A program made the position numbers and the translations under genes. The notes under the pieces are model-generated. The model saw nothing but the letters and a program-made list of their open reading frames with translations. It was not told the DNA's origin and made no database searches. A stretch of 42,920 nucleotides of DNA from a virus. Of this stretch, positions 26,846 through 35,632 are shown one piece after another (position 1 is the stretch's first letter; every line of letters begins with the position of its first letter). The DNA is taken from IMG/VR virus record IMGVR_UViG_3300045988_025922, positions 1 to 42,920 of that record, one strand, 5' to 3'.

Positions 26846-28291
26846 ATGATTATAAAAAAATTAGAGTTGTCGAATTTCCAAGTAATTAAGGAGTTCAACG
26901 CAGATTTTGAGGGTAATGTATATTTCATTACCGGGGACAATGAGTTGGGGAAATCAACCCTATTAAAAGCAATCGGCGCAATGCTAACCGGGAACCGGGA
27001 CGCCGTGTTGAAAAATGGCGAGGACAAAGGGTTTGCCAAAATGGTTGTCGGGGACGACGGCGAGGAATACGAAATTGAATTGCGGTTTACCAAAGCCAAC
27101 CCCCGTGGTACATTGTCAATCAAACAGAAAACAACCGGGATGCGGTCGGATAACGTAACCATGTTGCAACGCATTTTCGGATACCAAGATTTTGACGCCG
27201 TGGAGTTTTCCCGTTGGTCGGAAACCGCCGAGGGACGCCGCCGACAAATCGAAGTCGTAAAGGCTTTGTTGCCGGAAAATGTACGCACCCGGATTGCTGA
27301 AATTGACACGGAGGTTACGACCGTTAAGGAGAAACGAAAAGATACCAACGCCGAGATTAAAACGTACACGACCATTTGCAACGCCGCCGAAAAGCAATTG
27401 AAGCCGGGGGACGTCAAAACGTATGCCGAAAAAAAGGATATAACGGCGTTAATGGAGGAACAAAACGAAAACGCCCGATTGATTGAGAAAGCAAAAACGG
27501 TGCGTTCCGCTTTACAGACCCGGACGGAACAATTGGAGGCAATCCCGGAACGGATAAAAAAAGCGAAATCCGACCACGACCAAGCCGCCAAACGTATTGC
27601 CGACGATTTGGCATTTGAGGAAAAAGAGGTTGCCCGCATTATTGCCGAGGCGAACCAACGTTTAGCAGATGCCAAAAACGAGGCGGAAAAGTCCAAAAAG
27701 TTAATTGACAAAGAATTGAAAACGGAGTTGGAGCAAATCGAAACCGACAAAGCCGATTATGAAACCCGCAAGAAAAACGCCGCCGAATGGTTGAAAAAGT
27801 ACGAAGCCAACAACCCCGAAAATATGGATACGGCGCAACAACTGAAAGCCGCCGAGGAACACAACCGTATTAATGCGTTGGTTGTCGATTATCAAACCAA
27901 GAAAAAACAAAAGGAGGTCGCCGAGAAAGTCGCCCGCACATACGACGAAAGGTTGGCGGTATTGGCAAAGGAACGGGAAACGCTTATTGCGTCGTCCAAA
28001 TTGCCAATCGACGGGTTGACGTTTACGGACGACGGGTTGGAGTTAAACGGCGTGCCGTTTGTCGCCGGGAAAGTATCCGACAGTCAAATAATGGAGGTTG
28101 CCGCAAAACTTATCATTGCAAGCAATCCGACCGTTAAGGTATTCCGCATTGCGAGGGGCGAAAGTTTGGGGGAAAAGCGTTTGCAAACTATTATCGACAT
28201 TGCCCGCAAAAATGGTTTTCAGGGCTTTATTGAGGAAGTCAAGCGGGGACAGGACGATTTGCAAATTGAGGAATACACCGAAAATGAATAA
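26846..28291 (+). CDS. SMC/Rad50/RecF-like AAA ATPase with a central coiled coil
   Basis: The N-terminus MIIKKLELSNFQVIKEF...FITGDNELGKSTLLKAIG carries a Walker A motif. The middle is a long K/E/A-rich coiled coil. The C-terminal globular end has a hydrophobic strand plus acidic residues (GFQGFIEEV). Confidence 0.65.
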   Translation: MIIKKLELSNFQVIKEFNADFEGNVYFITGDNELGKSTLLKAIGAMLTGNRDAVLKNGEDKGFAKMVVGDDGEEYEIELRFTKANPRGTLSIKQKTTGMRSDNVTMLQRIFGYQDFDAVEFSRWSETAEGRRRQIEVVKALLPENVRTRIAEIDTEVTTVKEKRKDTNAEIKTYTTICNAAEKQLKPGDVKTYAEKKDITALMEEQNENARLIEKAKTVRSALQTRTEQLEAIPERIKKAKSDHDQAAKRIADDLAFEEKEVARIIAEANQRLADAKNEAEKSKKLIDKELKTELEQIETDKADYETRKKNAAEWLKKYEANNPENMDTAQQLKAAEEHNRINALVVDYQTKKKQKEVAEKVARTYDERLAVLAKERETLIASSKLPIDGLTFTDDGLELNGVPFVAGKVSDSQIMEVAAKLIIASNPTVKVFRIARGESLGEKRLQTIIDIARKNGFQGFIEEVKRGQDDLQIEEYTENE

Positions 28292-28329
28292 TAACCGGGG
28301 GCGCAATGCCCCCTTAATATCCAAATCAA

Positions 28330-29604
28330 ATGGCATTTACTTTGAACGATAATTTGAAGCGTTGGGCGGAAAAATACGAAACCGCCGAGTTTATCAAATC
28401 CGACCCGGTGCAAATCCCGCACCGTTACGATAGCCGGGTTAATATTGAGATAAGCGCATTTGTAACGGCGTGGATTGCGTGGGGCAATCGTAAACAGATA
28501 ATCCAAAAGGCGGATTTTATCGACCGGGAAATATTTAAGGGTGCGCCCTATCATTACATTGTCGGAACCGACACACAGGGAGCCGCCCCGGAATGGGAGC
28601 AATACAAAGATAGTACCGCCAACTTTTACCGAACGTTTACATACGGCGACTTTTACGACCTTTGCGCCCGCTTGCATCATGTTTATACCAACTGGGCGGA
28701 TATGGCAACGGCAATACAGTATTCGCACGAAATCAACGGGGAACCGCCATTGCAAACGATACAATCGTTGTTCGGTTCTGTTAAGGGTATCCCGGATTTT
28801 GAAACGCAATCCGCTTGCAAACGGTTGTGTCTGTTTTTGCGTTGGATGTGTCGCAAAGGTTCCCCGGTTGATTTTGGATTGTGGGATTTTTGCGACCCCC
28901 GCAATTTGATTATTCCGTTGGATACCCACGTACATAAACAGGCATTGCGGTTGGGATTGGTAACACGACGGACGCCAGATTTACAAACCGCAATAGAAAT
29001 TACCGACCGTTTCGCCGAGATATTCCCGGACGACCCAACCAAAGGGGATTTTGCATTGTTTGGGTATGGAGTGAACGCAGGAACGACGGACGCAATTAAT
29101 GAGGTAACGAAAGCAACTAAAGCATTTGCCGAGGCTTCAAACGAAGCGGCAACGGTTGTGGCAGACGCCGAAAAACATTTGCCCCGTTCCGAGGACGACC
29201 CGGAACCGGAGGCAGTCGAACCGGAACCCGTCCCGGAGGAAATACCCAATAAAGCGGTTGCCGATATGAGTATTGCGGACGTATTGACGTTGCCGTTGTT
29301 CTATAATAACGCAACCCGTGTTGTCCGGGATATATGGAACGACCGGGAAACCGCACGCAAAAAAGCGGGTAAAAAGGACGAACGATTGAAAGCGCACCCA
29401 ATCGACGCACTACACGCCGCCGGGTTGTTGGAGCCGGGAAAATTCGTTGTTGCTTTTGCACACGTTTTGGATAAGGTCGCAACCGGATTACCACGGGCGC
29501 AACGGGATGTATTACATACGTTGGGAATGACAGCGTTTCAAAAAACTATGCAAAAATTAATCGACGATGAAAAGGCGGGAAATAACGGCGACGGGAACAA
29601 TTAA
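28330..29604 (+). CDS. TIGR02757/DUF2400-family protein fused to a C-terminal extension of about 170 aa
   Basis: FIKSDPVQIPHRY...EISAFVTAWIAWGNRKQII near the N-terminus and IIPLDTHVHKQALRLGLVTRR...DPTKGDFALFGYG match my recollection of the family. An acidic PEPE linker and an extra domain follow. Confidence 0.6.
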   Translation: MAFTLNDNLKRWAEKYETAEFIKSDPVQIPHRYDSRVNIEISAFVTAWIAWGNRKQIIQKADFIDREIFKGAPYHYIVGTDTQGAAPEWEQYKDSTANFYRTFTYGDFYDLCARLHHVYTNWADMATAIQYSHEINGEPPLQTIQSLFGSVKGIPDFETQSACKRLCLFLRWMCRKGSPVDFGLWDFCDPRNLIIPLDTHVHKQALRLGLVTRRTPDLQTAIEITDRFAEIFPDDPTKGDFALFGYGVNAGTTDAINEVTKATKAFAEASNEAATVVADAEKHLPRSEDDPEPEAVEPEPVPEEIPNKAVADMSIADVLTLPLFYNNATRVVRDIWNDRETARKKAGKKDERLKAHPIDALHAAGLLEPGKFVVAFAHVLDKVATGLPRAQRDVLHTLGMTAFQKTMQKLIDDEKAGNNGDGNN

Positions 29605-29623
29605 CCAATCCGGGGGGTTGGCA

Positions 29624-29998
29624 ATGTACATGGGCGAATTAAACGAATTTTTCGCCATGCACAAAGGTAGCCGGGTAATTGCCCGGTTTACCGTTGCATC
29701 GCCCGGTTCGTCCGCCGCCTTGCGGGGTTATTATTTCAATTATGTTGTACCCACGTTTAAGGCGGCAATATTGGACGCCGGGGAACGGTTGACCGAGGAA
29801 CAAACCGAACAACGTTTGCGGGAATGGTCGCCAATAATGCACGCCGAAAACGTCGATTATGACACCGGGGAATATACCCACGAATTGCGAACCGTGGCGG
29901 ATTTAAGTAACGCCGAGTTAATCGAACATATCGAAACGCTCAAACAGTTAGCCGCCGAGGAATATAACACGTATATTGACGACCCGCAAACCCTTTGA
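29624..29998 (+). CDS. hypothetical protein
   Basis: The start is chosen at ATG 29624 (MYMGELNEFF), after the upstream stop at 29604. 124 aa. Confidence 0.5.
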   Translation: MYMGELNEFFAMHKGSRVIARFTVASPGSSAALRGYYFNYVVPTFKAAILDAGERLTEEQTEQRLREWSPIMHAENVDYDTGEYTHELRTVADLSNAELIEHIETLKQLAAEEYNTYIDDPQTL

Positions 29999-30000
29999 TT

Positions 30001-30189
30001 ATGTTTTGCAAGTGTGGAGGAAAACGTAAGGATTACCCGTTGACGGGTTGGCGGGTTGTCCGGTCGAAATACACCCCGCACCATTGGAGCCGTTTATATT
30101 GCCAAAATTGCAAATGTAGTTGGGTAACGGGTGCGGCTTATGTTGAACAAACGCCCGAAACATTCGGGCAAATGAAATTGAAATTATGA
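30001..30189 (+). CDS. small Zn-ribbon protein
   Basis: MFCKCGG...CQNCKC. The track ORF starts at TTG 29995; ATG 30001 is preferred. Confidence 0.5.
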   Translation: MFCKCGGKRKDYPLTGWRVVRSKYTPHHWSRLYCQNCKCSWVTGAAYVEQTPETFGQMKLKL

Positions 30190-30392
30190 GTTTACAGGAC
30201 ACCGACCCAATGCCGCAAGGCAAATTTAAGGGTCAGCAAATGCAAACCGTCCCGTATTGGCATTTACTTTGGTTGGAGCAACAACCGTTTTGCCGTAAGG
30301 ACGTCCGGGAATACGTCGAGGAAAACCGGGACGTATTGGAAGTTGAAAAAAAGCGGGATGCGTACCGCCAACAGAGAGATAACGCAGAGTAA
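30186..30392 (+). CDS. DUF3820-like small protein
   Basis: MPQGKFKGQQMQTVPYWHLLWL resembles the DUF3820 signature MPFGKYKG...P..YL.W. Confidence 0.45.
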   Translation: MSLQDTDPMPQGKFKGQQMQTVPYWHLLWLEQQPFCRKDVREYVEENRDVLEVEKKRDAYRQQRDNAE

Positions 30393-30413
30393 TAACAATT
30401 AAAATGCAGTAAT

Positions 30414-31241
30414 ATGAAAGTCTTTAATTTGAGCGATGTTTGTTTTTTCGATTGTGAAACAACCGGGGTTCCCGGAAAATCCCAAAAATGGGACGTCGAT
30501 TTTATGGAGTTCCCGCACGTCGTACAATTGGCGTGGTCGTTGGGCGACAAAGAACGCAGTTTTATAATTAAGCCGGACAATTACGAGATACCGCCGGAAA
30601 CGACCGCCATACATGGCATAACGACCGAACGAGCAATTGCCGAGGGCGTACCGTTTGCCGAGGTTGTGGACGAATTTTTGGCAGATGCCGCCGCCGCCCC
30701 GCTTGTATGTGCGCACAACATTTATTTCGATACGTCGATGTTGAAAGCAAACATATTGCGGTATTGTGGCAAAGCGTATTACGACGCCAAAGCCGAGGAC
30801 GCATTGCACAAAGGCAAACGGGTTGATACCATGATGAAAACAATACGGTTTGTTGGTGCGTGTTATTCTAACGGTAAGCCGGGAAAGTTCCCCAAATTGG
30901 AGGAATTATATGCAAAGTTGTTTCCCGGCGAAACGTTCCCGGCGCACGATGCGTTACAGGACATACGAGCGTTACGCCGTTGCGTCCCGGAATTGGTCGA
31001 ATTGGGGATTATAGAGTTGAAACAAAAGGAATACCCGGCGGAGCAATTAAAATTGAATGTAGAGCCGGAAAAGGAGCAAAGCGGGCGTAATATCGTATTT
31101 AATGACCCCAACCCGGTAACGGAACCAATTGGAACCGCCACGGCGTCCAATGAACCGCCCGCACCGGAACCGGAGCCGGAACGCCCGGCGGGGGTTACAA
31201 ATCAAGCCACAAAGGAATTATTGGACGAAACCGAGTTTTAA
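30414..31241 (+). CDS. DEDDh 3'-5' exonuclease (DnaQ/epsilon-like)
   Basis: Exo I FFDCETTG, Exo II CAHNIYFDTSML, Exo III FPAHDALQDIRAL. Confidence 0.8.
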   Translation: MKVFNLSDVCFFDCETTGVPGKSQKWDVDFMEFPHVVQLAWSLGDKERSFIIKPDNYEIPPETTAIHGITTERAIAEGVPFAEVVDEFLADAAAAPLVCAHNIYFDTSMLKANILRYCGKAYYDAKAEDALHKGKRVDTMMKTIRFVGACYSNGKPGKFPKLEELYAKLFPGETFPAHDALQDIRALRRCVPELVELGIIELKQKEYPAEQLKLNVEPEKEQSGRNIVFNDPNPVTEPIGTATASNEPPAPEPEPERPAGVTNQATKELLDETEF

Positions 31242-31279
31242 AAAAACTTTTGGAGATTAAAAGAATTACCGTATATTTG
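31241..31279 (+). promoter_or_regulatory. Bacteroidota-type promoter, copy 2 of the exact 39-bp duplicate
   Basis: Identical to 26502-26540. TTTG at 31249-31252 and TAtaTTTG at 31272-31279. Followed by hairpin ccggggg taatattg cccccgg at 31289-31310. Confidence 0.75.
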
Positions 31280-31331
31280 CGGAAACGTCCGGGGGTAATA
31301 TTGCCCCCGGATAACCAATAAAAGCGATGTA

Positions 31332-31706
31332 ATGGCAAAAAGAACAAAAGACGAATTTACACGGGATTGGATTATTGAACAATCCATTGACGTGTTAAGC
31401 GGCTACGAAAACGGAATTTTAACGATACGTGCGTTGCACTATCAGTTAGTAAGCCGGGGAATGACAAACACGTTACAGCATTATAAACGTGTTGTCGCCG
31501 CAATGGAGGTCGCCCGGTGGGATGGACGGGTTGATTTTGAGGCATTCAGCGACCGCGACCGGGGAATGGTTGGCGTAACGAAAGCCGAGATAACCGATTT
31601 AGAGGACAAACAAACCGAGGCAAAACAGCAAGTCCGGGCGTGGATGAACGCATACAGAAAAAAACCGTTGGGAAAACCAACCATATTACCCGGAAATCCT
31701 TATTGA
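31332..31706 (+). CDS. Topo VI-A/Spo11-like protein, fragment 1 (winged-helix 5Y-CAP-like part)
   Basis: Contains ILTIRALHYQLVSRG (R-x-x-H-Y). The ORF ends 40 nt after an A7 run (31658-31664), where the +1 frame continues the protein. Confidence 0.6.
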   Translation: MAKRTKDEFTRDWIIEQSIDVLSGYENGILTIRALHYQLVSRGMTNTLQHYKRVVAAMEVARWDGRVDFEAFSDRDRGMVGVTKAEITDLEDKQTEAKQQVRAWMNAYRKKPLGKPTILPGNPY

Positions 31707-31716
31707 GAAAAAAGCA

Positions 31717-31926
31717 TTGGAGGGCGTTTTTGCGAAACCGTGCCGAGAATGGGACGTTGCCGTTGGAGCCTGCAAGGGGTATCCGTCGTTGACGTTTTTA
31801 TTTGAGTTGTCCGAACGATTACGGGACGCCCAAAACGAGGGCAAACAGCCGATAATATTGTATTTCGGCGATTACGACCCGTCCGGCGAGGACATTACCC
31901 CGGTCGATTGGCGAGAATTTGGATAA
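31717..31926 (+). CDS. Topo VI-A/Spo11-like protein, fragment 2 (Toprim core)
   Basis: The frame is open from 31648. Reads NRWENQPYYPEILIEKKALEGVF...CKGYPS...ILYFGDYDPSGEDI (acidic E, G-x-P and DxD motifs). Confidence 0.6.
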   Translation: MEGVFAKPCREWDVAVGACKGYPSLTFLFELSERLRDAQNEGKQPIILYFGDYDPSGEDITPVDWREFG

Positions 31927-32221
31927 ATTCGGGGTTTATGGCGTGGAAATTCGCCGTATTGCGTTAATGGAACAACAGGTTATCGAATGGAAGTTGCCGC
32001 CCGCCCCGGCAAAGGAAACGGACAGCCGGACGGCGAATTGGGACGGATTGGGACAGGTTGAGTTAGACGCCGTAAAACCGGAAAAATTGGTTGCCTTGTT
32101 AAACGATGCAATCGGCGAAATATTCGACAACGATTTGTACGACGAATTGCAAGCGACCGAGGACAAAGAACGGGAATTGTTCCAAACGGAATTGCGCCGT
32201 TATGTAACCGAAGAAATTTAA
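31919..32221 (+). CDS. Topo VI-A/Spo11-like protein, fragment 3 (C-terminal part)
   Basis: The frame is open upstream through the C4 run (31898-31901). Reads RSIGENLDKFGVYGVEIRRIALMEQQVIEWKLPPAP... Confidence 0.6.
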   Translation: MDKFGVYGVEIRRIALMEQQVIEWKLPPAPAKETDSRTANWDGLGQVELDAVKPEKLVALLNDAIGEIFDNDLYDELQATEDKERELFQTELRRYVTEEI

Positions 32222-32241
32222 AACCATAAAAGAGCGATAAA

Positions 32242-32550
32242 ATGAATACCAAAGTTTGTGTAAAATGCAATATCGAAAAACCCGTTGAAAATTTTTCCAA
32301 GTCGTCAAGTAGTAAGGACGGGTTGCAATCCTATTGTCGGGAATGCCAAAGCGAGGCAAACAGGGCGTCCGCATTGCGCCGAAAATGCGGGGGGGGGGGT
32401 AAGATACCCCAATTAAATAAAGTGTCTAAAATCGACTCAAATAACCCTTTATCGGGATTTACGCCCCGTGAGTTGATGCGGGAATTATATAACCGGGGTT
32501 ATATTGGCGAATTGACATTTTCGCAAAAGATAGATATTTCAAAATTGTAA
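32242..32550 (+). CDS. Zn-finger protein with an internal poly-G tract
   Basis: 102 aa. CVKC...CREC zinc-finger N-terminal half and a GFTPRELMRELYNRGYIGEL C-terminal half, joined by GGGG encoded by G11. Confidence 0.6.
   Translation: MNTKVCVKCNIEKPVENFSKSSSSKDGLQSYCRECQSEANRASALRRKCGGGGKIPQLNKVSKIDSNNPLSGFTPRELMRELYNRGYIGELTFSQKIDISKL
32389..32399 (+). repeat. G11 homopolymer inside a CDS
   Basis: tgc ggg ggg ggg ggt aag, with eleven consecutive G. Confidence 0.9.
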
Positions 32551-32590
32551 ACCGCCGCCGGGCGGGTTCCCGGCAACAAATAATTCATTT

Positions 32591-33283
32591 ATGAGTACAG
32601 AGGAAAAAAAGGCAACGGACGTTATGTTTGTCCCGTCTGAAAAGTCGTTTGCATTGTCAAAGGTCAAGTTGATAAAGGACGGCGGGTTGGATGTTCATTA
32701 CGAAGTTACCGAAACGGTCGGTAATGAGAGTTACACAAACAAATACCACGTCGAAAGCGCAAAGGACATACACCCCGATTTGCGGGCGTGTTTTGAGCGT
32801 TTGCGCCCAATCATGGGTCGCATTTTCAATATTACGTCCTTTTTGTCGTTTATGGAAACGCCGGAAACAAAGGCGACCAAAGCACAAAAAGACGCCGCCC
32901 GTGAGTATGCCGACGAAATGTTGAAAAATATCGAAGTTCGGGGCGTGTCCTTTTCCGGTCAAGATGATAATGTTGGCGTTGTGCTTACCGGGTTGTTTAC
33001 GGTATCCAACAATCAAAAGACGGCGATAAATTCGCCCCGCCTTAAATTCAATACCGAAACGTTCGGGTTTGAGGAAGAATTGGAGGAAACCGCCGGGGAT
33101 ATTGAACGGGAAGTTTACGCCTTTTTGTTCAAAGGGAAAAAGGCGCAATTGGAGTTGTTCGGAGCCGACGGAAACGCCGCCCCCGGAGTTGAGAACGAAC
33201 CGGGTTTGTTCCCGGATGTTAACGACCCCGCAAATGAGAACGACAACGATAACGGAGGCGACGACGAAACCGGGGATATTTAA
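32591..33283 (+). CDS. hypothetical protein with an acidic C-terminus
   Basis: 230-aa ORF with an Asp/Asn/Glu-rich tail (NDPANENDNDNGGDDETGDI). Confidence 0.55.
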   Translation: MSTEEKKATDVMFVPSEKSFALSKVKLIKDGGLDVHYEVTETVGNESYTNKYHVESAKDIHPDLRACFERLRPIMGRIFNITSFLSFMETPETKATKAQKDAAREYADEMLKNIEVRGVSFSGQDDNVGVVLTGLFTVSNNQKTAINSPRLKFNTETFGFEEELEETAGDIEREVYAFLFKGKKAQLELFGADGNAAPGVENEPGLFPDVNDPANENDNDNGGDDETGDI

Positions 33284-33287
33284 CCGC

Positions 33288-33737
33288 ATGGAACCGATTT
33301 TGCTAACAAGCCGGGAGGAATACCAAGTTGTAACCGATAAGGGGTTTTGCCCCCTATTGGATTACAAACGGTTTACAATGGATATTCGGTTGCGTGTGGA
33401 AATCCAACGGGAATTGTTCGGACATTGCGTTTTCGGTCGTGGCAACATACCGCAAGCAAACGAACGGTTTTTTAGGTGGGTTTGGGAACATAAACCACAC
33501 CAATGCGAGGAAACATTACGACCGTTACCGAGTTATTCCGCCGTTTATTGTTCGCATATCCTTACGAGGGGGGCACACCCGGAAATAGCGCACGACCCCC
33601 GAAATATCAATATCCTAACATTTGAAATGCACAACCGTTGGGAAAATGGCAACCGGGAAACAATGCGAATTTATCCGGCGAACGTCCGGTTGATTGAGTT
33701 AATGAAATCAGAGTATCAACAATTACAAATCCGGTAA
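33288..33737 (+). CDS. hypothetical protein, possible His-Me finger nuclease
   Basis: The start is chosen at ATG 33288 (MEPILLTSREEY). Contains CEETL...YCSHILTRGAHPEIAHDPRNINILTFEMHNRWENG. Confidence 0.35.
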   Translation: MEPILLTSREEYQVVTDKGFCPLLDYKRFTMDIRLRVEIQRELFGHCVFGRGNIPQANERFFRWVWEHKPHQCEETLRPLPSYSAVYCSHILTRGAHPEIAHDPRNINILTFEMHNRWENGNRETMRIYPANVRLIELMKSEYQQLQIR

Positions 33738-34094
33738 ATGAGAACAAAAAAGAGAACAACCGATTTTGGGGCAATTTCCCGGTCGTCTGTTAAACGAGAT
33801 TTTCAAAGGGCACAAACATACCCCAAAGAGGAAAAACGCCCGGAAATCGAAGATTTGCCAAAAATAAATGCCGAACGCCGCATTATCCATATATCAGAAA
33901 CAAGCGGATACGCCAAATTTGCCCGGTATATTGTGGGTAAGTTGGTACGCCTCAAAGAAAAATCCGATTTGGGCGGTAATTCATGGTATTGCGAGTTTGT
34001 ACACGACGATGACCGCCGGGCGTTAAATGCGGCGGCGGGTTGGTCAGATAACAAACGGGAATATTTGTTTGACGGAATCAAATTTAAAAACTAA
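33738..34094 (+). CDS. hypothetical protein
   Basis: 118-aa ORF. Its ATG follows the upstream TAA directly. Confidence 0.5.
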   Translation: MRTKKRTTDFGAISRSSVKRDFQRAQTYPKEEKRPEIEDLPKINAERRIIHISETSGYAKFARYIVGKLVRLKEKSDLGGNSWYCEFVHDDDRRALNAAAGWSDNKREYLFDGIKFKN

Positions 34095-34098
34095 AAAA

Positions 34099-34512
34099 AT
34101 GAGTGTAAACAAAGTTACATTATTGGGAAATACAGGGAACGACCCTGTATTTAAAGAGTTCGACAACGGCGGTTGTGTGGCGACCTTTTCGTTGGCAACT
34201 TCAAAACGAGGCTTTACAACAAAGGACGGGCGGCAAATCCCGGAGCGTACCGAATGGCATAACGTCGTTTTGCAAAACGGGTTGGCAAAGGTCGCAAATC
34301 AGTATATCAAAAAGGGCGACAAACTATATATTGAGGGCGAATTAAGAACCCGGAGTTATGACGACGCCAACGGCGTTAAACGGTACATTACCGAGGTGGT
34401 CGCAATCAATATGGAAATGTTGACCCCGAAAGCCGCCGGAACGATGCAAACGCCGCCGCCGCCCGTCCCGGATAGTCCCGCCCCGGATGCAACCGACGAT
34501 TTACCATTTTAA
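34099..34512 (+). CDS. ssb: single-stranded DNA-binding protein
   Basis: MSVNKVTLLGNTGNDPVFKEF...TEWHNVVL...GDKLYIEGELRTRSY (OB fold) with a Pro-rich linker and the canonical acidic tip DDLPF. Confidence 0.9.
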   Translation: MSVNKVTLLGNTGNDPVFKEFDNGGCVATFSLATSKRGFTTKDGRQIPERTEWHNVVLQNGLAKVANQYIKKGDKLYIEGELRTRSYDDANGVKRYITEVVAINMEMLTPKAAGTMQTPPPPVPDSPAPDATDDLPF

Positions 34513-34514
34513 CA

Positions 34515-34778
34515 ATGGCACATACTTTTAGCAAATCCGCCAATGTTTTTATTGATAATAATATTAAAACCAAAACCAACATACAGGCGGCAGAAATAGC
34601 GGTAAATATGGCGGTTAATGATGTTGTTAATATCGCAGAACAAATGTTGGTCGAATTTTGCCCGCATAAAGAAATATGCACCCGACAATATCAAAGGGGC
34701 GGTTGTGATTGTTCGTATTTATACCAACGAATGAACCGTATAAAAGGGGATGAAACATTGTGTTATAGTAAAAAGTAA
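34515..34778 (+). CDS. hypothetical Cys-rich protein
   Basis: 87-aa ORF. Confidence 0.5.
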   Translation: MAHTFSKSANVFIDNNIKTKTNIQAAEIAVNMAVNDVVNIAEQMLVEFCPHKEICTRQYQRGGCDCSYLYQRMNRIKGDETLCYSKK

Positions 34779-34783
34779 AAGAT

Positions 34784-35632
34784 ATGGGAGCGATTAACGG
34801 ACGGGTTATTTATAGCCCAAAGGGTAAAGCGTTGGAATACGCAGAGAACGCCGCCAATTTTTACGTCGGTTGTTCAAATGGTTGCACATACTGTTATTTG
34901 AAAAAAGGCAGGGGCGCAAAAGTGTTGGGCGGGAATCGCCCGGAGTTGAAAAAATCGTTGCGGGAACCGCCATACGCTTTGGATATATTCAAGAACGAAT
35001 TATTGGCGCATAAACCGGAATTGCAAAAAACGGGGTTGTTCTTTTCATTTACAACCGACCCGTTGTTGCCGGAAACTCAACGATTGACCCGCCAAGCCGT
35101 CGGATTTTGCCAACGGCACGGCGTCCCGGCTAAAATATTGAGTAAATGCGCCGAGGGTATCAATACGTTTATAGATTATGCCGAGGCGTCCGAGGGGTGG
35201 GATTTGTCCCGCATTGCCATTGGTTCCACATTGACAGGGTGCGACGAATTGGAGCCGAACGCAAGCCCGAACCGCTTACGGGTTACGGCATTGATACGAG
35301 CAAAGCGGCACGGGTTCCGCACCTTTGCAAGTGTTGAGCCAATCCCGCCGGGAATGTTCGACCGGGCGTTTGCCGTAATTGCATTGGCGTACCCATTTGT
35401 TGACCTGTTTAAGATTGGTTTGCAAAGCGGTTGCCGATATACCAAGCGGGAAACGTTCGGATTTTATCAAGATGTTACCGAGTATTGGGAGGCGCACACA
35501 GGACAACCCCGGATATATTGGAAACATAGTTTTGTAACCGCCGCCGGGATTGACCGGGATACATTACCCGGCTTTTGCGTTCCGGCGAATTACGATTTGT
35601 TTAACGAAAACAATAACGAAAATGCAGTTTGA
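34784..35632 (+). CDS. radical SAM enzyme (COG1533 / SplB-like 'DNA repair photolyase' type)
   Basis: FYVGCSNGCTYCYLKKG carries the CxxxCxxC cluster motif near the N-terminus. 282 aa. Confidence 0.65.
   Translation: MGAINGRVIYSPKGKALEYAENAANFYVGCSNGCTYCYLKKGRGAKVLGGNRPELKKSLREPPYALDIFKNELLAHKPELQKTGLFFSFTTDPLLPETQRLTRQAVGFCQRHGVPAKILSKCAEGINTFIDYAEASEGWDLSRIAIGSTLTGCDELEPNASPNRLRVTALIRAKRHGFRTFASVEPIPPGMFDRAFAVIALAYPFVDLFKIGLQSGCRYTKRETFGFYQDVTEYWEAHTGQPRIYWKHSFVTAAGIDRDTLPGFCVPANYDLFNENNNENAV

Noticed and set aside
26794-27750. 318-aa ORF on the minus strand, the longest antisense ORF
   Set aside because: It lies entirely opposite the coiled-coil part of the + strand ATPase gene. Its product is low-complexity and Ser/Ala/Phe-rich. 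It has no promoter or start context, and every other gene is on the + strand. It is a shadow ORF caused by the strand's codon bias.
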